A stretch of DNA of 26,516 nt. Origin: Oscillospiraceae bacterium. GTDB taxonomy: Bacteria > Bacillota > Clostridia > Oscillospirales > Ruminococcaceae. The stretch covers positions 1 to 26,516 of the forward strand of contig JAZKXQ010000208.1 in the NCBI GenBank assembly GCA_045611725.1, in the 5' to 3' direction. Positions 1 to 8,355 of this stretch are shown in pieces (position 1 is the first letter of the stretch; each line of letters begins with the position of its first letter). Made by a program: the position numbers and the translations under genes. The notes under the pieces were generated by a model, which was given only the letters and a program-made list of their open reading frames with translations, made no database searches and was not told the DNA's origin.

Positions 1-198
1 ATAACGGATATATTGGCCGTTCATTGAGTATTCGATACCTTCTGTCAATGTAACACCACCTGTATCTTTACGAACACCACGCAAAGATGTCATGTGATCC
101 CATAATTTTGATTGTTTTTTATAGTTGTCTTTCAACCCTGGTAGATATTCATCTACATAGACTGAATACAAATCGTTAAAGTTTGCATTTCCTGCCAT
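1..198 (-). CDS. Major capsid protein, N-terminal part (runs off window start; not in ORF track)
   Basis: Manual translation from ATG at 198: MAGNANFNDLYSVYVDEYLPGLKDNYKKQSKLWDHMTSLRGVRKDTGGVTLTEGIEYSMNGQYIRY. RBS AAGAGGAAA upstream; directly follows the scaffold-like gene; the DN..K...L and GG...E.I.Y pattern resembles N-termini of podovirus-like capsid proteins as I recall them. Confidence 0.72.
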   Translation of the reverse strand, partial: MAGNANFNDLYSVYVDEYLPGLKDNYKKQSKLWDHMTSLRGVRKDTGGVTLTEGIEYSMNGQYIRY

Positions 199-220
199 TG
201 TAATTTCCTCTTATGTTATT

Positions 221-1360
221 TTATTGTCCCAGTTTTGAGTGCACTCTGGCTTTCAAATCTGAGATGGTTTTTGACATATTATTTGGATCGAAGGTAAATT
301 TCTTTTCTTCGGTCGCTGTGTTTGGGGTAGATTTCAGAGATACAGCTTGAAGCTTTTTATTCAAATCTACAGCTGGTTTTGGTTGTTCTACGACTGGAGC
401 TGCAGGTTCGTTTTTGCGTTGAAAGTCCATAAAGAAAGCATAAGCAGATTCCAAGACTTCTTTTGCGGATTTGTCTGGGTTATCTGTTCTTTCAAGGGCT
501 ACTATTTTGTTGAATCTTGGATCATCCAGTAGAGCAATGTCTTGAGGATGAGTATATTTAAAGTCTTCAACAGCTTCCCTTGCTTCTTCGACCACAGCGT
601 CTTCATTTGCAACAGAATTATAGAATTGAGTACGTTCTTGTTGTCTACGATTCTGTGCTTCACGTATCTCATAGTCAATTCTTTGTTGTTCTGAGAATTG
701 GCGTGGAGTTTTCAATTGTTCCTCTGAAATACCATATCTTTGCATAACAGTATTGATCAAGGTTATAGGATCTCTTACTTTGATCACTGTACCGATAGCT
801 TGATTAAGAGTGGCATCTGGATTATCCTCTACCGCAGCAACCCAATCTACTACATTCTTAATTACTTGGTTTTCGGAGATGTTGGCATTACGTGCAGTCT
901 GTTTGATATAAGCATTTGCACTACCAAGTTCTTCTCTGCGTTTTTGTTCTGATGACTGATTCTCTTTGTACTTTGAAGCGAATCTGTCTGCATCTTGAGC
1001 GTTTCTTACCAATGTTGATTTTACACTGTCTGGTAAGTTCTTCCATTCTTTTACTACATCAAGACCAATAGATTTCGGAATATTGTTCTCAGTAGCAAAC
1101 TTTTTCAAATCCTCTTCAGTAGGTTCAGGTTCTTCAGAAGGTTCTTCCTCTTTCACCTCTTCCTTTTTTTCGTCTGCAGGGACTTGGGAATCTTTTACTT
1201 CGTCTTCTTTTTCTTCTGTGACGGTTTCTTCTTCTGGCTTGGCTTCTTCTGTTGGTTTTTCTTCTTCAACGGATTCAGCTTCTTTACCAGCTTCTTCAAT
1301 AGTTGTACGAACTTTTTCAGACAATTCTTCAGCATTTAATAACTTTTCGGTTTTACTCAT
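221..1360 (-). CDS. Capsid scaffolding protein (putative)
   Basis: 379 aa; E/K/P-rich disordered N-terminus, helical or coiled-coil middle, short basic C-terminal helix; immediately upstream of the capsid gene; RBS AAAGGAAAG. Confidence 0.68.
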   Translation of the reverse strand: MSKTEKLLNAEELSEKVRTTIEEAGKEAESVEEEKPTEEAKPEEETVTEEKEDEVKDSQVPADEKKEEVKEEEPSEEPEPTEEDLKKFATENNIPKSIGLDVVKEWKNLPDSVKSTLVRNAQDADRFASKYKENQSSEQKRREELGSANAYIKQTARNANISENQVIKNVVDWVAAVEDNPDATLNQAIGTVIKVRDPITLINTVMQRYGISEEQLKTPRQFSEQQRIDYEIREAQNRRQQERTQFYNSVANEDAVVEEAREAVEDFKYTHPQDIALLDDPRFNKIVALERTDNPDKSAKEVLESAYAFFMDFQRKNEPAAPVVEQPKPAVDLNKKLQAVSLKSTPNTATEEKKFTFDPNNMSKTISDLKARVHSKLGQ

Positions 1361-1427
1361 GTTACTTTCCTTTGTTCTTTATGAGTTATGTTATGTTCTG
1401 GTCTTTTCCTTCTATAAAAGTTTTGCA

Positions 1428-1470
1428 GAAGGGGAAGTTGAGGAAGGAAAGAAGCTCACAAATCCCCTTC
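1428..1470 (-). promoter_or_regulatory. 5' leader hairpin upstream of scaffold gene
   Basis: Minus strand GAAGGGGA pairs with TCCCCTTC (8 bp) around a 27-nt pyrimidine-rich loop that contains an inner TGAG/CTCA pairing. Confidence 0.6.
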
Positions 1471-1494
1471 ATTTTGTTAAGTATCTTTTTTTTC
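1470..1494 (-). promoter_or_regulatory. Candidate phage late promoter L1
   Basis: Minus strand GAAAAAAAAGATACTTAACAAAATG; same motif as at 4760-4788 and 10729-10758; lies before scaffold and capsid genes. Confidence 0.6.
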
Positions 1495-1502
1495 GATATT
1501 TA

Positions 1503-1850
1503 TTATAGAACCCCTGATTCTTCATCCCCACCGGACTCTTCTTCGTCTGATGGATATACTGGAGTTACACCATCTGTAGCATATGCACCCAATGTACCTT
1601 CTGCTGGAACTGCTACATTATGTGTTGATGGAGCAAGTTGTTCAGGTTCAATTGGATAGATGTCATATTCTACATCATAATCGATTACGTTTGCACCTTC
1701 CATTACAGTACGTTCTGGAAGTTCAAGGTCTGTTACTGATGTTTCTTCAAATGGGTTTGGCGTTACTTCACGAGTATTACCCAAGACCAAATCACCATCT
1801 GTGTCAGAAACTACTGTAACTTCATCTACAATTACTTCACTATCTGGCAT
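1503..1850 (-). CDS. Highly acidic hypothetical protein
   Basis: 115 aa with RBS (AAAGGAAAA) and operon spacing; about 29 D/E, 2 R and no K by manual count. Confidence 0.7.
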   Translation of the reverse strand: MPDSEVIVDEVTVVSDTDGDLVLGNTREVTPNPFEETSVTDLELPERTVMEGANVIDYDVEYDIYPIEPEQLAPSTHNVAVPAEGTLGAYATDGVTPVYPSDEEESGGDEESGVL

Positions 1851-1867
1851 GTTATTTTCCTTTATGT

Positions 1868-2224
1868 TTAATCACCCATAAGTTCATCCATAGAGATTTT
1901 TATATTTTCGCCTTCAAGATTTGTTACTTTTGTCTTGAAGTTTGGTGTTTTGGTACTATAAGAAACTGATTTTAATTCCTTATCAACCTCAACCTCAGCA
2001 CTGTCAGCCTGTTGTGGTATTTCACTGGACTGATATTGAACCTCTTCCAAATCTCTGTTCTGAGGCTCTGTAGATAGAACAACAGCTGTCAATACTTCTG
2101 GTTGTTCAATTACCTTTATGGATTCTGTGTTTGTTCCTCCATCTCTATTTACAATCTTATTTTCCAAAGATGTAGAAACAGAATAATTACAATCTACTCT
2201 TAAAATCATATCTTCTCTATTCAT
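1868..2224 (-). CDS. Hypothetical protein (probably virion-associated)
   Basis: 118 aa; TAATG overlap with the upstream tail gene suggests translational coupling. Confidence 0.7.
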   Translation of the reverse strand: MNREDMILRVDCNYSVSTSLENKIVNRDGGTNTESIKVIEQPEVLTAVVLSTEPQNRDLEEVQYQSSEIPQQADSAEVEVDKELKSVSYSTKTPNFKTKVTNLEGENIKISMDELMGD

Positions 2225-3825
2225 TATAAAGCTCCTGTAGATTCATCATAGTGATAAGTAATATCATAAAATTTATAGCTGATATTGTTTGTTTTCATCT
2301 TAAGTCTCAGTGAGAAGTTTCTGGCATAACCTGTACCTGAGTGCCATTTGGCTTGCTCTGCATAACTGGAAGCATCCCCTGCGGTCCAATAAGCGGTACG
2401 ATGGTCTGGTAAATTATCATAATCACCGTCATCTATCCACCAATACGCCAATTTATCTTCGTGTTCATGGTCTATTTCTGCATCATTTATTTCAAAGTAG
2501 AAGTCATCAGTTGTAGTAGAAGGAACCAAACCACTATCACTTGAGAAATCATAATATGTTGTATCTTCAAGGTCTTTCAAAATACTATAGTTTATGTTCA
2601 AATCACCAGTAGCAAGAACACGAGCATTGAATAATTTGAAACCTTTACTGTTGATCGTTCCAAAGTTTGAGTAAGATGTCTGGATTTCTGATACTATATA
2701 TTGATCAGCAGGAATACCATCATTTGTATATACATAGATTCCATCAGACTTACCAAAATACAAATTACCATTATGATTTATAAAACAAGTTGGATCTATG
2801 TCATTGAAAGAAGACCATTTATGAGAAGAAAGATCTACAACCCATTGATTGAATTTATTATCAGCTTTTGGAATGTTGAACAAAATGAAGTCTTCTTGAG
2901 GAACAACCAAAGACTTATAACCATTCAAGTTGAAGTTATTTTCCACCCATGAATCATTGATAGGAGCTGAGAATAAACGATCCGTAGAAACAGAAACACC
3001 TGCAGAAACAACATCTTGGAAAGTAGTAACACCACCAATAGTCATCAATAGTAAGTCATTCATGTATTTGGTGATGAAGTTGTATCCTATAAATGGCATT
3101 GTCAAATAAGTACCATGATATGTGATTTTTGTTGGATCTGAGAAGTCTGTGCACTGATAAACTATAATTTCACCCTTATCAGTAAACATAGCTACATAAT
3201 CCTGCATACCCATACCAGAATCACGTGGAACATTGGTTATTTGTACAAGGTGCCCACCAAGACGAGTTGTACCAATAGCTGTTGTAAGATCAAATACAGA
3301 CACAGTTCCAGTTACGTTTCCAGGAGGCAAATACCAGAATTCCATCTTATTTGCCAATCCAAAGACCAATTGAGAGTTTACTACTGATATGAAAGAGAAG
3401 GTTACAGTTCCAGCTCCGGTTACATCTACAGTATCAATATTATAAGTGTTTTCTGCTGGTGACCAAATCATAATAGATGGGTCAAGAGAGTTGGCAAGGA
3501 ATAAACGATGATTAAATACGCAACCAACCCAATTACCATCAGAAAAACCGTCTTGTGATGTAATCAATTCAAATCTGTGGTTCAATAAATAAACTGTATT
3601 ATCTGTAGCTGCGACAATAATACCAGCATCTTCAAAATCATATAAAAACTCTACAGGATTATTGAAAGATACTACCTTATTTATATGTTTACGTAGCTCT
3701 ATATAACCATCTCTACATATAACATTTTTCGCAGACAATAAGAAAGTATCCTTTGAGTCTGATTTAATGTTTCTCAGATCCAAAGGGAAAGCACCTGCAA
3801 GTTGTTGATATTTTTTACTTGGCAT
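2224..3825 (-). CDS. Tail nozzle / packaged-DNA stabilisation protein (P22 gp10 or T7 gp12-like beta-propeller)
   Basis: 533 aa, beta-rich propeller-like repeats (FNHRLFLAN, VNSQLVFG, YMNDLLLMTIGG, HNGNLYFG); follows the adaptor gene. Confidence 0.68.
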   Translation of the reverse strand: MPSKKYQQLAGAFPLDLRNIKSDSKDTFLLSAKNVICRDGYIELRKHINKVVSFNNPVEFLYDFEDAGIIVAATDNTVYLLNHRFELITSQDGFSDGNWVGCVFNHRLFLANSLDPSIMIWSPAENTYNIDTVDVTGAGTVTFSFISVVNSQLVFGLANKMEFWYLPPGNVTGTVSVFDLTTAIGTTRLGGHLVQITNVPRDSGMGMQDYVAMFTDKGEIIVYQCTDFSDPTKITYHGTYLTMPFIGYNFITKYMNDLLLMTIGGVTTFQDVVSAGVSVSTDRLFSAPINDSWVENNFNLNGYKSLVVPQEDFILFNIPKADNKFNQWVVDLSSHKWSSFNDIDPTCFINHNGNLYFGKSDGIYVYTNDGIPADQYIVSEIQTSYSNFGTINSKGFKLFNARVLATGDLNINYSILKDLEDTTYYDFSSDSGLVPSTTTDDFYFEINDAEIDHEHEDKLAYWWIDDGDYDNLPDHRTAYWTAGDASSYAEQAKWHSGTGYARNFSLRLKMKTNNISYKFYDITYHYDESTGAL

Positions 3826-3828
3826 GTT

Positions 3829-4734
3829 TTATAATCCTGTTACTATATCGCTGTTACTGAATCCATCTGGTACTGGTTTTGAGTGTGTTCTTGAGCCTTT
3901 ACCAATTTTTATTCTTTTTCCAGACTTGGCCAAAGCTTGATATGTACCCAATAGATTCTTATAGCCTGTTTCCAATTCTTGATATGTTGATAGTCCTTTG
4001 TCTTTTTGCCATTTATAAGCTGTACCCAAAGTCAACAATAAATCAGGAAGAATAACTATATCTGTATTATTGGTTACATGTTGTTTTCTTACCCCGTCTG
4101 AATCTTTTACTGGTAGATTTGAGAAGTAGAAGAAAGAAACCTGTGTACCATCTTTGAAGCCTGGGAATAAGAATAAACGCTTTCCTCTCAGCTGGAAGTA
4201 ACCATTATAAGATTTTACTTGATACATACGTCTTTTCTGCCATTCTTCATCATCAATAGCAATCATAGGTAAACGTCTTGAAAAATCTACCAAAGTATTT
4301 ACAGAAATTGATTTATAGTCTGGTATCATCTCATCCAAAGGATATTCACACCAAGAACCCAAACATCTCCAAGTAATTCCATCTGATGTTACACCATCTT
4401 GCCCAGGTTTTAAATTCAAAGTAGCAGGAGAAACAGTGGAAATACCAGATGTAAGAGGCTGATAACGATAACCATCCATAGCATTACTTAAAACATACAC
4501 AGGAATTTGATTTTGATAATATTGTGTACCTTCTGCCCATTCAGAGTATGTTGTAAATGTAAATTCTTCCAACATTTCATGAAAATTTACAGTATCAACC
4601 AATTCGTCCAAAAGGGAATTCAAAACCTTTATATTTTCTTGGACATGTAATTCAGTAGAGTTGAAGTAATTACTGATATTACTATACATACCCTCTCTGG
4701 TCAATATGTTATCAAGAAGTTCTTTTGCTGTCAT
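3829..4734 (-). CDS. Tail tubular protein A / head-tail adaptor
   Basis: 301 aa; helical N-terminus (LLDNILTREG...VLNSLLDEL), YPL..PDY, LFLFP, and C-terminal LPDLLLTLG.AYKW..DKGL.Y pattern typical of podovirus adaptors. Confidence 0.62.
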   Translation of the reverse strand: MTAKELLDNILTREGMYSNISNYFNSTELHVQENIKVLNSLLDELVDTVNFHEMLEEFTFTTYSEWAEGTQYYQNQIPVYVLSNAMDGYRYQPLTSGISTVSPATLNLKPGQDGVTSDGITWRCLGSWCEYPLDEMIPDYKSISVNTLVDFSRRLPMIAIDDEEWQKRRMYQVKSYNGYFQLRGKRLFLFPGFKDGTQVSFFYFSNLPVKDSDGVRKQHVTNNTDIVILPDLLLTLGTAYKWQKDKGLSTYQELETGYKNLLGTYQALAKSGKRIKIGKGSRTHSKPVPDGFSNSDIVTGL

Positions 4735-4759
4735 TTCTATGTCCTGTAATCTATTTGTT

Positions 4760-4788
4760 CTTTACATTTATTAAGTATCTGTTTTTTT
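4760..4788 (-). promoter_or_regulatory. Candidate phage late promoter L2
   Basis: Minus strand AAAAAAACAGATACTTAATAAATGTAAAG in the 71-bp gap before the adaptor and nozzle block. Confidence 0.65.
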
Positions 4789-4805
4789 GGTCGTAGTGTT
4801 TATGT

Positions 4806-5975
4806 TTAATCATTTGTGTATGGGAAACAGTATATAAAACCATTACCATAAAAACCTTCTCCACTTGGGAAAGTTATGCCTGTATTAAAAGTCCAAGTTC
4901 CTGTTGCATATGTGTAAATAGCGTATTGCCCACTATTACTACATACTATAACTTTATTATAATCCGCAGCGATTGATTTTTTACCATTTGGATTTATGTT
5001 ACCAGACACCAAATTACCAAGAGTATTCCAATTTACCCCATCGTCTGTATAATAAATCTTTATAAAACCACTTGAACTACTATCATCATCACCTATAAAG
5101 TACAATCTTCCACGTTCAGGTTCATAAGTCATCATTTCAAGATTTATACCGTAACCACTACCCAAAGACCATATTCTTTGAGCTGACCAAGTATTATTGA
5201 CATTATCAAAAACAACTGGACCATATTTTGAAATAAAAACAAAACCTACATTTGGCATGTAACGACAAGAATAAACACCCTTATATGATGTTATTCCGGC
5301 ATTTATTAAGGCTGTATTGTAATTACTCCAAACATTTGTAAAACTACCAGAAACAAAATTTCCTGAGGCTTGATAATACAAATAACCTGTATCTCCATAA
5401 CTGGAATGAACAATTACTGGTTCCGAATTACTGTTTACAATATAATAATCAGCTATTTGATAACGCAATTTTTGGTTTGCTGATTTTGATCCATTTAAAT
5501 ATTTACCAGTGTTGTAAGCAGTAACACCCCCATAGGTTGAATTATTTGTTGATGTTACAGCAAGCCACATATTTCTGCCATTATTAAAAGTAACACGATC
5601 TCCCCATGCCAATGGATTATTTGGATTGCTATTTCTTGTTCCAAATGGCATATAAGATGAATTTGTGCTCGTTATAGTATCTGACAATATATTATAACAT
5701 ATAACTCTCTGAGCCAATGTAGAACCTGATCCGGAAATTCCTCCAAATTTTACTATTTCTTTTGTCTCGTTTATAAATTCCAAATAATAATAACTCTGAT
5801 TTGATACAGAACTACCTGTTTTTTTTGTCCAATTCAAACCATCTGTAGAAACCAATATGCTTTTATATGGATCACTTGAAGATGTTGCTGCCCAAATATA
5901 ATTATAACTTGGCCCTGGAGGTGTACTTCCTACTGTTTGAAAAGTTGCTGGTGTAAGAGTTCCATAAGAAAACAT
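4806..5975 (-). CDS. Tail-associated beta-propeller protein with BNR/Asp-box motifs (receptor-binding candidate)
   Basis: 389 aa rich in S/T/N/G/Y; Asp-box motifs VSTDGLNWT and YTDDGVNWN; located in the tail-fibre cluster; TAATG coupling. Confidence 0.58.
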   Translation of the reverse strand: MFSYGTLTPATFQTVGSTPPGPSYNYIWAATSSSDPYKSILVSTDGLNWTKKTGSSVSNQSYYYLEFINETKEIVKFGGISGSGSTLAQRVICYNILSDTITSTNSSYMPFGTRNSNPNNPLAWGDRVTFNNGRNMWLAVTSTNNSTYGGVTAYNTGKYLNGSKSANQKLRYQIADYYIVNSNSEPVIVHSSYGDTGYLYYQASGNFVSGSFTNVWSNYNTALINAGITSYKGVYSCRYMPNVGFVFISKYGPVVFDNVNNTWSAQRIWSLGSGYGINLEMMTYEPERGRLYFIGDDDSSSSGFIKIYYTDDGVNWNTLGNLVSGNINPNGKKSIAADYNKVIVCSNSGQYAIYTYATGTWTFNTGITFPSGEGFYGNGFIYCFPYTND

Positions 5976-6241
5976 TATATTACCTTTATCAAAAATCCGT
6001 TTGCGTTTGAAAGAATATCAGAAGCTGTGGTTGGTGTAAATGTATAGTGAGTTGTATCAACAGTAGTCCAAGTTCCAGCAATAGCAGTACCACCAATTAC
6101 TTCTTTTACTGTTTTTGTTGTTGGAGCCTTATTTGTCTCAACAGAAATCACACCAGTAACATCAGTAACCTCATAATCAACCACAATACATGGAACAACT
6201 ACTGAACCTGCTATGATATTATTTCCTTGTCTTATGCTCAT
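5975..6241 (-). CDS. Small tail-associated protein
   Basis: 88 aa, beta-rich and T-rich; RBS AAGGAG; between tail-fibre genes. Confidence 0.6.
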   Translation of the reverse strand: MSIRQGNNIIAGSVVVPCIVVDYEVTDVTGVISVETNKAPTTKTVKEVIGGTAIAGTWTTVDTTHYTFTPTTASDILSNANGFLIKVI

Positions 6242-6252
6242 TTATATTCTCC

Positions 6253-8355
6253 TTAAGCTGCCATACCTGAAACTTTCCATAAACCAATTATACTTGTACC
6301 ATTTGCTGTTGCTGTTGTGTATTCGTCAAGCGTAAAACCAGTTGCTGATTGACTTATTACACATATATGTCTGTTTGCCCATCCACTGACACTTCCATTA
6401 CCAAGAGTTGTATCACTACCCATTGATATATCTATAGAATAATATGCATCAACCATTTCAATTGGTAAAGTTACAGATTTACTATCACCAGAACTTGAAG
6501 TGGTGTTTGTAAAGTTGCTTGTTCTTCCGCCTTGTTCAACCCAGCCATCTGCATATTTACGATACCATGTATAATCATTTGATGATGTTGGTTCCTGAAA
6601 AGCTATTACATTATGTCCAGCAGGTGCCTCATCATCTGTGATATAACAAACCCAATCTGGATGTGTAGAAGCTATATTTTGAGTTGTATATTGAGAAAGT
6701 GTACCAACCCAATCAAAAACATTTGGTGCAGACACATTTGAAGAGTTTGCATTTACGGTTCCTACAGCCTGGATTTCTTGTGATAGATTATTTGTGATTG
6801 TTACATTATCGATACTTACACTTCCGCCACCTCCACCTGCATCAAGAGCTATGGTATCACCTGAGGCTTGGTTAAGTGTGAAAGACCCTTTTGTAACTCC
6901 CCCTTGTGTAATAGTTATCGTAGGATTGTTTACTGTAGGAATTGTAGGAGTACCTGATAGATCTGAATATGAACCCGATGTAGCTACTGTTGCCAAAGAA
7001 GGTGTTCCTGATAAATCTGAGTATACACCAGAAGTCGCTACAGTAGCCAAGGAAGGTTTATTCAAGATTTGTGCAAGACCTGAAGAAGCATTCCAATCAG
7101 CTTGAACGTTACTTACCAAAGAATCATAGGTTGTTACTTTGGCTGATGTAATTGTTGAGTTTATAGCATCCAATTGAGCCTGAGTAAAAGGAGCGTTATT
7201 TACTACATACTGGAAAGCCCATTGTACACCATCATACATATATCTGGTTGTTGCATTACTGTGATCTTCGTCTGATTCTACCAACGCATAGTCATTATTT
7301 GTAAGAGTGTAAGACTGACCTTTATAATAATATGGTCCACTTATCAAAGCAGCATGAGTAGCAAAGTTATCACCCTGAGCATCAGAAGTTACGTAGTTTG
7401 CTGCCATATTTGAGATAGAGCTGTTTACAAAGGCTTTATCAGCAAGTTGGTTTGATGAAGAAGTTGTAGATGGAATGTAGCTTTCAATAGTTGTTACATC
7501 AGAATCAAGAGCATATACTGAAAGATCTGGTTTATTCAAAATTTCACTTACACCAGTAGAAGAATTCCAATCTGAGTTGACCTGAGCTGCTGGTATAGAA
7601 GGTTTATTGGAAAGATCATTATAAGAACCAGAAGTAGCCACAGTTGCAAAAGTAGGTTTATTATTCAAATCACTATAATTACCAGAAGTTGCTACAGTTG
7701 CAAGAGTTGGCTTATTTAAAATCTGAGAAACACCCGACACAGCATTCCAATCACTATTTACTTGAGCAGCTGGGATAGTTGGTTTATTTGATAAGTCATT
7801 GTAGCTCCCAGTAGTCGCAACTGTAGATAGTGATGGTTTGTTCAGAATTTGAGATAAACCGCTATTTGAGTTCCAGTCACTATTTACTTGTCCAGTTGCA
7901 GATATTACAGGATTGGCAGGGTTTGTTTTATCAATTGAAATGTTTGAGCCTTGAGTAATATCTGTCAAAAGAGAAAGATCTGCAGCTGTTTTATTACCAG
8001 ACAACACAACATTATTAATAGAAGGTTTATTCAAAAGAGCTGTATAATCGTTTGTGTTATAGTCTGGTTGTACATTTGTTTGTTCCCAAGAGTAATTTCC
8101 TGAATCTTCTACGCATTCATAAAAATAATTATGGGTAAGACCACCAGAAGTAGCACCTTTATATTGTACCACTTGACCTACATTATCTGCAGAAGCTGTT
8201 GGTAATGTAGTAAACTGGGGTACAGCATCAAAGTTTTCATCTGTAATAATTGAAATATCAGTAGCTCCAATTGTACCACCTTGGACAGCAGCATCATATT
8301 GTGCTCTTGTAAGTTTATTTATATTCAAGGTAGATAATGTTGTTGAAGTAGGCAT
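6253..8355 (-). CDS. Tail fibre protein with NKP(T/S)-type repeats and gp53-like C-terminal domain
   Basis: 700 aa; repeated VNSDWNS.SG.S.ILNKP.LATVATSGSY.DL.NKPTIP units; C-terminal WYRKYADGWVEQGG...VTLPIEM motif typical of tail-fibre tip domains; RBS AAGGAG. Confidence 0.75.
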   Translation of the reverse strand: MPTSTTLSTLNINKLTRAQYDAAVQGGTIGATDISIITDENFDAVPQFTTLPTASADNVGQVVQYKGATSGGLTHNYFYECVEDSGNYSWEQTNVQPDYNTNDYTALLNKPSINNVVLSGNKTAADLSLLTDITQGSNISIDKTNPANPVISATGQVNSDWNSNSGLSQILNKPSLSTVATTGSYNDLSNKPTIPAAQVNSDWNAVSGVSQILNKPTLATVATSGNYSDLNNKPTFATVATSGSYNDLSNKPSIPAAQVNSDWNSSTGVSEILNKPDLSVYALDSDVTTIESYIPSTTSSSNQLADKAFVNSSISNMAANYVTSDAQGDNFATHAALISGPYYYKGQSYTLTNNDYALVESDEDHSNATTRYMYDGVQWAFQYVVNNAPFTQAQLDAINSTITSAKVTTYDSLVSNVQADWNASSGLAQILNKPSLATVATSGVYSDLSGTPSLATVATSGSYSDLSGTPTIPTVNNPTITITQGGVTKGSFTLNQASGDTIALDAGGGGGSVSIDNVTITNNLSQEIQAVGTVNANSSNVSAPNVFDWVGTLSQYTTQNIASTHPDWVCYITDDEAPAGHNVIAFQEPTSSNDYTWYRKYADGWVEQGGRTSNFTNTTSSSGDSKSVTLPIEMVDAYYSIDISMGSDTTLGNGSVSGWANRHICVISQSATGFTLDEYTTATANGTSIIGLWKVSGMAA

